Shown: one piece after another, positions 47,512-57,412 of the stretch | Layout: each line of letters starts with the position of its first letter | Numbering within the stretch: position 1 is the first letter of the stretch | From: an uncultured Nitrososphaerota archaeon | Lineage (GTDB): Archaea; Thermoproteota; Nitrososphaeria; Nitrososphaerales; Gagatemarchaeaceae | Assembly: GCA_963703285.1 (NCBI GenBank) | Contig: OY969807.1 | Coordinates: 672,001-736,000, forward strand | Direction of reading: 5' to 3' | Length of the DNA: 64,000 nucleotides | Made by a program: the position numbers and the translations under genes | Notes under the pieces: generated by a model | The model's database searches: none | Seen by the model: only the letters and a program-made list of their open reading frames with translations | Told to the model about the DNA's origin: nothing

Positions 47512-48030
47512 TCACCTCTTCACCGGCTCGAACCTTCCGCTCTTGTTGTAGTTCAGGAGTCCGGCGTAAATCGCCCAGTGTATCAGGATGGTGTTGACAA
47601 GTGACTGGTTGAGCTCGGGCTCGTGGTGCCAGGTTATTCCCTTCTCCGAGAGGACCTCGGCGACCTCCGCGGCGGAGACGGACCCCCGATGCGTGGCGAG
47701 GTCGATCGCGGTCCTGAATGGTTCGAGCTTCGCGAGCTGGTCGGTCAGGAGCCTGACCTTCTGCCTCGTCGTCTTCTGGAACTTGTGCCCGAATTCGGTG
47801 AGTGTGACGTCCCCCTTCTCGCTCTTCACGAGGCCCAGCAGCTCGGCGGTGTCGAGGATTGGCAGCAGGACCGCTATGTCGGCGCCGAGCTCGTCGGCCA
47901 GTCGTGAGGCGTCGATTGTCGAGCCGAGGACACCGGTCACCTCGACTAGGCTGATGACCTGTCCAGCCCTGACGTTTCCTGGCATCAGGGGGGCCTTCTT
48001 CACCTCCGACTGCGATCGTCTATCTGCCAT
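47512..48030 (-). CDS. AAA-associated winged-helix domain protein of NitT/TauT-type ABC systems
   Basis: LLPILDTAELLGLV...GDVTLTEFG; directly downstream of the ATPase. Confidence 0.75.
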   Translation of the reverse strand: MADRRSQSEVKKAPLMPGNVRAGQVISLVEVTGVLGSTIDASRLADELGADIAVLLPILDTAELLGLVKSEKGDVTLTEFGHKFQKTTRQKVRLLTDQLAKLEPFRTAIDLATHRGSVSAAEVAEVLSEKGITWHHEPELNQSLVNTILIHWAIYAGLLNYNKSGRFEPVKR

Positions 48031-48045
48031 CTTATGCCACCCGAG

Positions 48046-48852
48046 CTATGCGAGGTATGAATAAAGCTTGTCCACCCAGAGCAGGAACTCGTCCGACTTC
48101 TTGTTTCTGGGCCTCGGAAGGTCGATCTTGAGGTCGACGATGACCTGCCCCGGCCTCGGAGTCAGGACGACGACCCGGTCGGCCAGTTCGACTATCTCCT
48201 CGACGTTGTGGCTGACGAGTATCACCGTCTGGATGGAGGACGACGGGTTGATGAGGAGCGAGAATGTCTCCTTCCTGAGGCGGTCGGCCGTAAGGTTGTC
48301 CAGCGCGCTGAACGGTTCGTCCATCAGCAGGACCTGAGGCTGCAGGGCGAGGGCCCTGGCGATCCCGACCCTCTGCTTCATGCCGCCCGAGAGCTCGCCT
48401 GGGTAGACGTTCTCGAACCCCCCCAGCCCCGCGTTTTCGAGAGAGTCCATGGCGATCTTCTTCTTCTGCTCGTCGGAGAGGTCGCTCCTCGACGAGAGCC
48501 CGAAGACGACGTTCTCGAGAGAGGTCTTCCACGGGAGAAGCACGAATGTCTGGAAGATCATGGCCAACTCGGACCTCGGCTCTTCTATCACCTGTCCCCT
48601 GAACTTCACGTCCCCGGACGTAGGGTGGATCAGCCCGGCGATTATTCGCAGGAGGGTCGACTTGCCACAGCCCGATGGCCCGGTGAGCGCGAGGAAGTCG
48701 TTCTTGTAGGCTGACATCGAGACGTCGTTGAGCACGGGCAACGCGACCTTCTCCTTCACGAAGTCCAGACTGACGTGCTCGACTTCGATGATGGGGCCGT
48801 CTGTGGTCCCGGCAGGGATGTCGAGGACCGCTCCCGTCATCGAGGAGTCCAT
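48046..48852 (-). CDS. NitT/TauT-family ABC transporter ATP-binding protein
   Basis: GPSGCGKST, LSGGMKQR, LMDEPFSALD. Confidence 0.9.
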   Translation of the reverse strand: MDSSMTGAVLDIPAGTTDGPIIEVEHVSLDFVKEKVALPVLNDVSMSAYKNDFLALTGPSGCGKSTLLRIIAGLIHPTSGDVKFRGQVIEEPRSELAMIFQTFVLLPWKTSLENVVFGLSSRSDLSDEQKKKIAMDSLENAGLGGFENVYPGELSGGMKQRVGIARALALQPQVLLMDEPFSALDNLTADRLRKETFSLLINPSSSIQTVILVSHNVEEIVELADRVVVLTPRPGQVIVDLKIDLPRPRNKKSDEFLLWVDKLYSYLA

Positions 48853-48940
48853 CCCTCCAGCAGCGAGAAATCTCCTGCTCGCCAAATTGAACACGGGGGC
48901 CGTAATTCTCCGGGGGATAACCATTCTGGTCAAAGGGGGG

Positions 48941-50551
48941 TCAGCGGTTGTAAGCGTAGCGCTTGGTGGCGAAATGGTACACGCGCCTCCAGACGATCAG
49001 GTTGAAGGCCACCACGAGAGCGGTCATCGAGAGCACGGCGAGTGTGAGGACGAGACCATCTCCGGCCCCGCCGTTGGCGTTGATCATGCTACAGAGCTGC
49101 GGGTAGGCGGCTGCAGGGTTGTACGATCCGCTGGCCTTGCACCCGTAGGTCGCTATTGCGATTATCTTCCCGATTCCGTCCCCCACTTGAGTAAGGGGGG
49201 CGTAGCCTTTCAACTCAAAGAATTCCGCAACGATGAGTGTGTTCCAGGCCGCCCCGATCGCGGTTATGGACCCGGTCACGAAGGCTGTGGCCACAGCGGG
49301 GAGATAGATGCCCCTCCACGCCTGTCTGTCGGAGACGCGAAGGCTCTTCTTCAGCTCAAAGAGGTCGCCGGGCAGCGTCCGGATTCCCGCCATCACGTTG
49401 AAGAGGATGTACCAGATCATGCCGAGGAAGATGATAATCGCCGCTGTGAGTTCGCCGGCAAATGCCCCTGCGAGCAGGGTGAAGGTGACCAGCGCAGGCA
49501 GGAGCGCAGGCGCGGGCACCGACGCGATGGTCTCTATCACGGGAATGAGTGCGTTGTAGGCCTTGTCGTGCAAGGCGATCAGGATTCCGACTGGGAGTGC
49601 TACGGCGACTCCGATGAAGTAGACGTACCAGATGCGGACGAACGAGTACGCAAGTCCGACGAGTATGTAGGCTTCGTCGCCGGGCGCAGCCGAAAGGTCG
49701 GCCGCGATGTTGAAGGAATGCGCTCCCGTTCTCGCCGAGCTCACCAGCGTCCCGACCTCGAAGACGAGGAAGACCGCGAAGAGGATGAGCAGAGCATACT
49801 TCAGTCCCTTCCTGTAGCGATTCAGCGCAGAGGTGAAGGTCCAGACGCCCTTCCCTGGGCGGATCAAGAAGAGCTTGGATACGCTCCTCTGGTTGACCCA
49901 GGAGTACCTCTTCATCAGCCAGTCCTTGTGCCCGGCGCGGGGGTCGTCCCCGAACCTGTACTTCTCGGCCCAGAGCGAGAACTCACGCAGGAAGACGAAC
50001 TGCCATATCACCACGGCAACGACGAGGAGTAGCAGGCAGGAGTAGTATGCCGTGTATTGATGGTTGGTTCCGTATGTGACTATGTCGACGCCTATCCCGC
50101 GCACAGGCAGGTTGGAGGTCTCGGTGCTGATCACCTCGCTCGAGATGAGGTAGAAGAGCCCCACGGCCCATGAGATCTGTGTGTTGTAGGCGATCCTGCT
50201 GAGGGACGCGGGGATGTAGACCGAGACGATTCTCTGCAGGGACCCCGTGTTGGTCATTGACGAAAGGTCGATGTAGTCCTGCGGTATCGACTTGACCGCC
50301 TCGTACACTCCGAAGGATATGTTCCACGACATGCTCGTGAATATCAGGAATATGACAGCGAGGTCGATGCCCGCCGCGCCAGGGACAGCCGCCGCAATCC
50401 CGAGGATAACCAGCGGAAAGAAGCCGAGGATGGGTATCGACTGGAGGACGTCGAGGAGCGGGATTATGACGGTCTCCGCCCTGTGATTCCGGGCGGCGGT
50501 GATCCCCACTGCGAGGCTGAAGAGGATGCTGAAGATCAGCGCCACTATCAT
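48941..50551 (-). CDS. NitT/TauT-family ABC permease (duplicated TM domains)
   Basis: DVLQSIPILGFFP, GAAWNTLIVAE; frame extends upstream of ATG 50551. Confidence 0.88.
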   Translation of the reverse strand: MIVALIFSILFSLAVGITAARNHRAETVIIPLLDVLQSIPILGFFPLVILGIAAAVPGAAGIDLAVIFLIFTSMSWNISFGVYEAVKSIPQDYIDLSSMTNTGSLQRIVSVYIPASLSRIAYNTQISWAVGLFYLISSEVISTETSNLPVRGIGVDIVTYGTNHQYTAYYSCLLLLVVAVVIWQFVFLREFSLWAEKYRFGDDPRAGHKDWLMKRYSWVNQRSVSKLFLIRPGKGVWTFTSALNRYRKGLKYALLILFAVFLVFEVGTLVSSARTGAHSFNIAADLSAAPGDEAYILVGLAYSFVRIWYVYFIGVAVALPVGILIALHDKAYNALIPVIETIASVPAPALLPALVTFTLLAGAFAGELTAAIIIFLGMIWYILFNVMAGIRTLPGDLFELKKSLRVSDRQAWRGIYLPAVATAFVTGSITAIGAAWNTLIVAEFFELKGYAPLTQVGDGIGKIIAIATYGCKASGSYNPAAAYPQLCSMINANGGAGDGLVLTLAVLSMTALVVAFNLIVWRRVYHFATKRYAYNR

Positions 50552-50717
50552 TCTGCTCCACGAATAAAGAAGATCGATGGATGCGGAGAATATGCTGAAC
50601 TCAGCTGTCGTACTGCTTCTTTCGCGGCTGAAGCCGTGACATATTAGAGGCTATTGGCGCGTTCCTAGTCCGTCGAGCGCGCAAGCGGACGGTCGCGGCC
50701 TCCAGCGCGGGACGCTG

Positions 50718-51221
50718 TCATCGGATATAGGGCGTGCTGGAGGAGTCGAAGCGTTCCACGTGCTCGAAGTGCCCCTTGTCCCTGAACGCCGAAAGCTGGG
50801 GGAACTGCGGGAAGAAGTCTGAGAGCGGTCTCAGAGCCATCTCCCCCGCGAGGTGCCCCTTACCGAGGAACTCGTCGGATATCTTCTTGCCGAGGTCCCT
50901 CACCTGCGTCTCGTCGGTGAAGCCGAGCGCGTGGAGGTACTCGTGGATGAGGATCATGAAGGTGAAGGCGTTCCGCTTGCTCCTGACCCTGGTCGTCTTC
51001 CAGACTATCTTGATTATGTTCCGGTTCATGACGATGGCGTTCGAACCGAGCTCGTGGTATGCGCCGACGTTGTTCGAGATGTCGCCCAGCACGAGGGAGA
51101 GACCCGCGCGGTGCAGCCCGAGCGATGACTCGGCGGCCCTCTTGACTAGCTCGAACACCTGGTCGAAACTAGAGGCGAGAGCGAGCCGTCTGGAGTTGGA
51201 GCTTGAATTCTGCGAGTGCAC
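50718..51221 (-). CDS. Small zincin-like HExxH metallopeptidase
   Basis: ILIHEYLHALG...E. Confidence 0.7.
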   Translation of the reverse strand: MHSQNSSSNSRRLALASSFDQVFELVKRAAESSLGLHRAGLSLVLGDISNNVGAYHELGSNAIVMNRNIIKIVWKTTRVRSKRNAFTFMILIHEYLHALGFTDETQVRDLGKKISDEFLGKGHLAGEMALRPLSDFFPQFPQLSAFRDKGHFEHVERFDSSSTPYIR

Positions 51222-51248
51222 TGTGTCGTGTAATCCTCCCGGTTCCTA

Positions 51249-51629
51249 TTAAGCCTCGCCATCGCGGTCGCAGATCCTTCGTAGCTTGACGCTCACAACG
51301 CCGCTCGCCCGCTCGAAGTCAGCCCTCTCCGCGTCCACTCGGACGCAGCAGGCCTTTCTGACGGTCGTCCCCCCAATGGTTATGTCGATGAACCCATCCC
51401 GGGCGACGAGGGAGATTGCGGAGATATCGCAGTTGGGCTCATAGAGCAGGTAGGTCACGAACTCCTCACCGATTATCAGTTCGTCATCCAGAGGCGGAGG
51501 CTCGTCCCAATCCTCCAGCTGGTGCAATCCGGGGAAGGCGTAGGCGCCCAACCTCGGGTTCGGCTTCGGCTCGACCCTGAACACGCCAGGGTCGCCGAAG
51601 ATTTCTCTGAAGCCTTCGTTATCTGTCAA
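51249..51629 (-). CDS. Hsp20/CS-like beta-sandwich protein
   Basis: EPPPLDDELI...C-terminal SGVVSVKLRR resembles the alpha-crystallin NGVL.V.L.K strand. Confidence 0.55.
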   Translation of the reverse strand: MTDNEGFREIFGDPGVFRVEPKPNPRLGAYAFPGLHQLEDWDEPPPLDDELIIGEEFVTYLLYEPNCDISAISLVARDGFIDITIGGTTVRKACCVRVDAERADFERASGVVSVKLRRICDRDGEA

Positions 51630-52021
51630 GATTCACCCTCCAGCTCCTTCTGCAGAGCACCGAAGACCTGCCCCAGCCCGACGGTCATCGTGACCGCAAG
51701 CGCCACCCCCCTAGCCGAAGCCCTGTAGGTCGAGCCTCTTTCGCCGTGGAGGACCAGGCCCTCATTCACCAGCGGCTGGAGGCAGTCCTGGGCGAGCTTC
51801 GGGTTGGTCGCCAGCATCAGGACCTCCGAGAAACGCATCTCCTTGCCCTTGGCGAACTCCAGCATCACCCTCAGGCGCTTCCTGTTGGCGCCTATGGAGC
51901 AGAGCGTCGAGAGACGGTCCAGCTCGCCTTCGGAGGTGTCACTGGTCTTGGGGGCCCTGTTGCGTATGGGGAACCTGAAGAGGACCTTGTCGTCCTTGAC
52001 CAGGAGGAGCTGGAGCACCAA
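51626..52021 (-). CDS. Winged-helix (ArsR/HxlR-like) transcriptional regulator
   Basis: ANRKRLRVML...MRFSEVL...LQPLVNEGLV...YRASARG. Confidence 0.7.
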   Translation of the reverse strand: MVLQLLLVKDDKVLFRFPIRNRAPKTSDTSEGELDRLSTLCSIGANRKRLRVMLEFAKGKEMRFSEVLMLATNPKLAQDCLQPLVNEGLVLHGERGSTYRASARGVALAVTMTVGLGQVFGALQKELEGES

Positions 52022-52066
52022 GTTATAATCCAGTAATTACCACTCAGTAATTACTACCCTATAACT
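52021..52066. promoter_or_regulatory. Operator array: AGTTATA / 2x CAGTAATTAC / TATAACT
   Basis: Direct repeats 52031-52040 and 52045-52054, each with palindrome GTAATTAC, bracketed by a 7-bp IR. Confidence 0.65.
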
Positions 52067-52166
52067 ATTTCGGGCCTCCCTAGGTCGCTGACCTCCGCGG
52101 CGGCGGCCCCAGAGGCGAGGAGACTTCACGGATTGCACCAGATCGAACCGACGGCAGCCCGACGAG

Positions 52167-53159
52167 CTAGTCGTTCGATCTTCCGCAGTTCGGACAGAAG
52201 ACCACCCCCGGAGCCAGGTAGGTGTTGCAGTAAGCGCAGACCCGCTGTGGTGCAGGGGCCACGGCCGGGGTGATGGCCGGGGGCGGAAGAGAGGGAGCCG
52301 ACGGACCGGAAGGAGGCGACGGAGGGGATGGTTCCGTTGGACTCGCAGGCGCTTCGGATGGCGGGGCGTTACCTGCCCTCTTGAGGGCGCGCGCCCTGTT
52401 CCTACCCCCGATGAAGACCGCGACTTCGAGCAGAGCTATGATGGGCACGAAGAGGAGCACGTCGAGGAGGGGGCCGCCGTCGGGCGTTACGATGGCGCAG
52501 AGGATGTAGGTTATCGCCCAGATCATGATCCTGTTCCTCCTGAAGGTGTCGGCCTTGATGACACCGAAGATGATCAGGGTGTAGATGTACACTGGGACCG
52601 TGAAGGCGAACCCGCTCATGGCTATGGTCAGGAAGACCGTGAAGTAGAAGCTCCCAGCGTCGACGTAGTAGCCGATGGTGGTGATGATGAAGAAGGGCTT
52701 GAGCGCTATGAGCAGAAATTTGGCGAGGAAGAAGTAGCCGAAGGCGACGCCGAAGGCGAAGAGACCTGCGTTCGCGGCGACGAACGGATAGACTATGCTC
52801 TTCTCCTGCTCCTTGAGAGCGGGTTTGATGAACTGGATTGTCTCGTAGGCGAAGATGGGGGCGTTGAAGATAAGGGCGAAGAGCACCGCGGCGACCAGAT
52901 AGATCTCGAGCGGCTGGCTGATGCCTCCCGAGGCTATCAGGGTCCAGCCTTTCGGGAGGAGCTGCGCATCCACGCTCGCGATGAAGAAGCCAATCATCGG
53001 CCTGAAGGCGAGGTAGCCGCCGGAAATCATCGCCGCCGGGTCCTGCGGGACGATGAGGAGGATGACGAGGATGACGACGAAGCTCATGAAAGCGACCTTG
53101 AACCTCCGCTTGAGCTCTGAGAAGTGCTCCCGCAGTGACATCAACTGTTCAGCGGACAA
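52167..53159 (-). CDS. tatC: Twin-arginine translocase subunit C with Pro-rich linker and C-terminal zinc ribbon
   Basis: MSLREHFSELKRR, FIKPALKEQEK, IVTPDG; CAYC...FCPNCG. Confidence 0.88.
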   Translation of the reverse strand: MSAEQLMSLREHFSELKRRFKVAFMSFVVILVILLIVPQDPAAMISGGYLAFRPMIGFFIASVDAQLLPKGWTLIASGGISQPLEIYLVAAVLFALIFNAPIFAYETIQFIKPALKEQEKSIVYPFVAANAGLFAFGVAFGYFFLAKFLLIALKPFFIITTIGYYVDAGSFYFTVFLTIAMSGFAFTVPVYIYTLIIFGVIKADTFRRNRIMIWAITYILCAIVTPDGGPLLDVLLFVPIIALLEVAVFIGGRNRARALKRAGNAPPSEAPASPTEPSPPSPPSGPSAPSLPPPAITPAVAPAPQRVCAYCNTYLAPGVVFCPNCGRSND

Positions 53160-53253
53160 GGTTCAACTCCATTGTTGAGCGTCTTACCCCAGCTTCTTCT
53201 CGCGCTTCGAGCGGCCAGGCAATTAGCTTGTTTCGGGCAATTCTAGTGAGGTT

Positions 53254-55395
53254 TTAAGCTTTCGAGGAAGTTCGGGCGACCACCGGTTCGACCAGGTACA
53301 GGGGATGCCGGACACTGAGACCGGTTCCGTCTGCTATCTGCAACGCGCAGACGCTGCTCTCGCTCGCCACGACCCCAACCCCCGACGCGCCGAAGAGCTC
53401 GAAGAGCCGGGTACCCACGGCCATCGAGAGGTCGTAGCCTAGCGGGCCGTGCTTCATCCCGAAGGTCCCGGCCATCCCGCAGCACGTGCCCGTCTCGACG
53501 ACCTTGACTGTGTAGCCGGCCCTCTCGAGGAAGGCGATGGCTGGGGCCCCGCCCGTGAGCGCCCTCTCCTGGCAGGGTATGTGGAACCCCACTGGCTTCT
53601 CGGTGGAGAGGGAGGGCTGGAGCCGCAGGCTGGATAGCCTGTCGGCGATCATTGCGAAGAAACCACTGGTCGCCGCCGCCGTCTTCTCAGACGCTTCGCC
53701 TGGGACGAGCTTGGGGTAGGTCTCCCTGAGCATGTACGTCGCCGTCGGCTCCGTGGAGACCACCGTGTAGCCGGAGGAGACGTAGGGCTCGAGGACCCCG
53801 AGGTTGAACTCGGCCACCTCGGTCGCCTTCTTCACCTCGCCGTACGAGATGTACGGCATCCCGCTCCACCTGACAGGCGGCACCTCGACCGCGTAGCCCA
53901 TCGACCTCAGCAGCCCGACGGCCCGGCAACCGAGCAGGGGGTCGTTGTAGTCGGCGTAGATGTCCGGGAAGTAAACGAGTTTTCCGCTCTCTCCGCTTCC
54001 CTGGCCGCTCGACCTCAGCATCTTCCGCAGCCTGGTGCGGCTGAACCTGGGGAGCGTCCTCCTCCTCTCGACGCCCAACGTCTTCTCCATCAGATAGCGG
54101 GTGACGGAACCCCGGAGTATCCAGTTAGAGACAGGCGCCGTGGCCGAGGCCGCTCTCGCCAGGCCCTCGGAAGAGGCGAAGAAGCTGTTGACTCGCAGCT
54201 GCCCGTTCTTGGCGATGTCCTTCTCCTTGACGCTGGCTATCATCAGCGGCATGTCGATGTCCACGGGACAGATCTCCTTGCAGAGGCCGCACGAGATGCA
54301 GAGGTGCGCGAACCCCGCGTTCTCGTACCCGTGGACGCCGGCGGTCCACGGTATGCCGATCGGGCCCGGGTACAGGTGTCCGAAGACGTGCCCGCCGACG
54401 ACGCTGTAGGTCGGACAGATGTTCATGCATGCGCCGCATCGGATGCAGTTCAGGGCGTCGCTGAGCGAGGGGTCCTCCCGCATCGCGCTTCGCCCGTTGT
54501 CGAGGATGACGACGTGGAGCTCGCGCCCCTCCCCGGAGCCCCCCAGAGGGAGGTGCTGCGAGATTATCGAGACGTAGACGGTCTGGCTTTGGCCGGTGGA
54601 GCTGAGGGCATGGGCGTGGACGAGTTGCGCTGCGTCGTCCCATGAGGAGATGATCTTCTCCATCCCGATTATGACGACGTGTAGCTTCGGGAGGGCTGCG
54701 ACGAGCCTCGCGTTGCCTTCGTTCGTCTCGATCACGATCGTCCCCGTCTCGGCGATCCCCAGGTTCGCCCCGGTGACGCCCATCCCCGCGGAGAGGAAGA
54801 GTGGTCTGAGGTAGGGCCTGACCTCCCTGAGTATCGCCTCGGGGTCCGCCGGCACGTCCTTGTTGAGCTCCCTGGAGAAGATCGCTGCGACATCGGCGCT
54901 CGATAGGTGGGCCGCGGGGGCGACGAGGTGAACGGGCCTCTCCCTGTTGAGCTGGACGATGAGCTCGCCGAGGTCCGTCTCGACGCACCGTATCCCCCGG
55001 TCCGCTAGGTGTCGGTTGAACTCGATCTCCTCCGTCGTGAGGGACTTGGACTTCACGATGAGGTCGGCACCCTTGGCCTTGGCGAGGTCGGCGACGTACC
55101 CGATGGCATCGTCCCCCGTCTTCGCCATGAAGACGTGCCCCCCGTTCCTCCTCACCGACTCCGCGAACCTCTCCACGACCTCCGGGTCTGCGGCCTTTCC
55201 GGCCTTGATGCGCCTGTCCTCGGCCTTCATCGTCTCGACAACGACCCCGAACTCCGAGAGGCCGGACTCCCGGTTTTCGCGCCCCCTCGACATCGCCCCC
55301 CACAGCTTGTCCTGGGCCGCGCGGTCGGCGATGGCCCTTTCGATATCCGAGTTGAGCTTCTCCCGGGCTGTTGCCATCCTGACCACTATATCCAT
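53254..55395 (-). CDS. LutB-like LUD / 4Fe-4S protein fused to CCG domains
   Basis: VKSKSLTTEE, ETDLGE, TNEGNAR, CIRCGACMNICP, CISCGLCKEICP, TCCGMAG. Confidence 0.85.
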   Translation of the reverse strand: MDIVVRMATAREKLNSDIERAIADRAAQDKLWGAMSRGRENRESGLSEFGVVVETMKAEDRRIKAGKAADPEVVERFAESVRRNGGHVFMAKTGDDAIGYVADLAKAKGADLIVKSKSLTTEEIEFNRHLADRGIRCVETDLGELIVQLNRERPVHLVAPAAHLSSADVAAIFSRELNKDVPADPEAILREVRPYLRPLFLSAGMGVTGANLGIAETGTIVIETNEGNARLVAALPKLHVVIIGMEKIISSWDDAAQLVHAHALSSTGQSQTVYVSIISQHLPLGGSGEGRELHVVILDNGRSAMREDPSLSDALNCIRCGACMNICPTYSVVGGHVFGHLYPGPIGIPWTAGVHGYENAGFAHLCISCGLCKEICPVDIDMPLMIASVKEKDIAKNGQLRVNSFFASSEGLARAASATAPVSNWILRGSVTRYLMEKTLGVERRRTLPRFSRTRLRKMLRSSGQGSGESGKLVYFPDIYADYNDPLLGCRAVGLLRSMGYAVEVPPVRWSGMPYISYGEVKKATEVAEFNLGVLEPYVSSGYTVVSTEPTATYMLRETYPKLVPGEASEKTAAATSGFFAMIADRLSSLRLQPSLSTEKPVGFHIPCQERALTGGAPAIAFLERAGYTVKVVETGTCCGMAGTFGMKHGPLGYDLSMAVGTRLFELFGASGVGVVASESSVCALQIADGTGLSVRHPLYLVEPVVARTSSKA

Positions 55396-55979
55396 TCGAG
55401 CAGGAGCACGTGCAGCTCGTGGGGGCCATGGACGCCGTACAGGAGCCTGAGCTCGATGTCCGCAGTCTTGCTGGGACCCGATATCGTCGTGACCACCGGC
55501 TTCCTCTCTCCGGGGGAACGCAGCATGCTCGCTATCAGACCGAAGGCAGAGGCGAGGTCCGGACAGAGGTTCTTGGAGGAAAGGAGGAACACGCTGACGC
55601 GAGGCAGCGACGAGACGAGCTTGACAGAGTCGTCGTAGGCGATCTCGACGAGCGCGCCCTCGCGGGCCGCACCGTAGGATGCCCAGGATATCCCGAGGTC
55701 GGCCTTCGAGATGCTTGTCAGCGCCTCGGAGCTCTTCTGGTCCTCGACGAAGCTATGCTTGGATCCCTTGAGCCCGGCCTCGACGAGCATCCTGGCCGGG
55801 CTTGGCAGACCGCCCGCCACGCAGAGGTTAGAGTTCGACTCCCCGATTATCGTCTTCAGGATGTCGACGGTGGTCTTCGCGTCGCTCGCCTCGTACGGGA
55901 CGGCGTGCAGGCTCCGCAGCGCGTCGAGGAAGACGGCGGGGTCCCCCCGGTTTACGGGGCCGTCGCGGTAGTCCTGCAT
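55386..55979 (-). CDS. LutC-like LUD domain protein
   Basis: ISGPSKTADIELRLLYGVHGP. Confidence 0.85.
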   Translation of the reverse strand: MQDYRDGPVNRGDPAVFLDALRSLHAVPYEASDAKTTVDILKTIIGESNSNLCVAGGLPSPARMLVEAGLKGSKHSFVEDQKSSEALTSISKADLGISWASYGAAREGALVEIAYDDSVKLVSSLPRVSVFLLSSKNLCPDLASAFGLIASMLRSPGERKPVVTTISGPSKTADIELRLLYGVHGPHELHVLLLEWI

Positions 55980-56077
55980 GGCTTGGCACATTCTTCGCGT
56001 AACTCTATTTAAAATCACACCCGCCCAATCGAGTCCACTTCGCCCCGCAGGGTGAGAGACAGCCGTGAGCCGGGAGC

Positions 56078-56338
56078 TCAGGCGGTCTGCGCGAGCTCGA
56101 CATCCGGGACCGCTCCCTCCCTCGACCTCACCACCACGAACTCGCGCGGCTCGCTCAGAAGGACCTCGTTGGACGCGGAGGGCAACACCACCTCCAGCTC
56201 CGAGACGAGACCCCTTTCGCTAGCGTAGCGCCGCAGGGCCGCTTCGGAGAAGAAGACCCCGACCACGCTGAACCAGGTCCACTCCTCGGAGACGCCCATC
56301 TGGTACAGGATGTAAAGCTGAGAACCTTCTTCGGTCAT
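56078..56338 (-). CDS. Hypothetical protein
   Basis: ATG ORF with host-like codon usage in an otherwise empty gap. Confidence 0.55.
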   Translation of the reverse strand: MTEEGSQLYILYQMGVSEEWTWFSVVGVFFSEAALRRYASERGLVSELEVVLPSASNEVLLSEPREFVVVRSREGAVPDVELAQTA

Positions 56339-56449
56339 TCCGCCCGGGATTCGCTGCGGCCACTATTAATGGGAGAGCAGAGAGGGGGAACCAGGGTCAC
56401 CAGCCACACTTATAGCGCATCCAGTCCGCACGGGTGCAGGACGGAGCGC

Positions 56450-57340
56450 ATGAGACTCGCAAACTTTGAAGCCGAGGGCCTGGTCAAGGCTGGGCTGGTC
56501 AAGGAAAGAAGGATTTTCGACATCGCCCTGGAGGCGGAAGCAGCCGGAATCACGAAGCTGAAGTCCGTCAGCAGCGTAGACCAGCTGCTCGACGATACGC
56601 TCCTTCAAGCTCTACGCAGATCGGAGGGGGACCTCACAGCCGGCAACGGGACTCCTCTGGGTCGTGTCAGGCTGAGGAGCCCCGTAATCTATCCCGAGAA
56701 GATAATCCTGGCAGCGGTCAACTATCGCGCTCACGGCGCGGAGGAGAAGATGAAACTGCCTACGTTTCCATACCTATTCGCGAAGTACGGAAACGCCCTC
56801 ATTGGTCCCGACGAGCCGATAGTTCGTCCGAGGGCCTCCAAGAAGGTCGACTGGGAGGTGGAACTTGCGGTCGTGATAGGAAAGCAGGGGAAGAACATCA
56901 AGAAGAAGGACGCCTACGGCCACGTTGCCGGCTACACCATCTCCAATGACGTCAGCTTCCGTGATTTCCAGCATCAGGAGATACCACCCCTCGGAATAAA
57001 CTGGGTCAAGGGCAAGTCCATGGACGCCTCATTCCCCCTGGGTCCGTGGCTCGTGACCCGCGACGAGATCCCGGACCCGCACGTTCTCCCCCTATCGCTG
57101 GATGTCAATGGGACGAGGAAGCAGTCGGCCAACACGCGCGACCTGATTTACAAGGTCGACGACCTCGTGGCCTACGCGTCTATCGGAATGACGCTCAAGC
57201 CCGGCGACATCATCTCTACGGGCACCCCGGGGGGCGTGGCCGAGGCGACGGGCCAGCCGTTCCTCAAGGACGGGGACGTGGTAGAGGCCAGGGTCGGCGG
57301 GATCGGGGTTCTGCGGAACCCGGTCAGGGACGAACGCTAG
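56450..57340 (+). CDS. Fumarylacetoacetate hydrolase family protein
   Basis: NYRAH, DWEVEL, NDVSFRD, GKSMD, TGTPGGV. Confidence 0.92.
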   Translation: MRLANFEAEGLVKAGLVKERRIFDIALEAEAAGITKLKSVSSVDQLLDDTLLQALRRSEGDLTAGNGTPLGRVRLRSPVIYPEKIILAAVNYRAHGAEEKMKLPTFPYLFAKYGNALIGPDEPIVRPRASKKVDWEVELAVVIGKQGKNIKKKDAYGHVAGYTISNDVSFRDFQHQEIPPLGINWVKGKSMDASFPLGPWLVTRDEIPDPHVLPLSLDVNGTRKQSANTRDLIYKVDDLVAYASIGMTLKPGDIISTGTPGGVAEATGQPFLKDGDVVEARVGGIGVLRNPVRDER

Positions 57341-57412
57341 AAATTCTCCGGCCTAGGGTTGCGCGGCTCCCCACTCGGGCCGGCGGAAAAGGAGGAAGCC
57401 GGTGGGGGAGAC

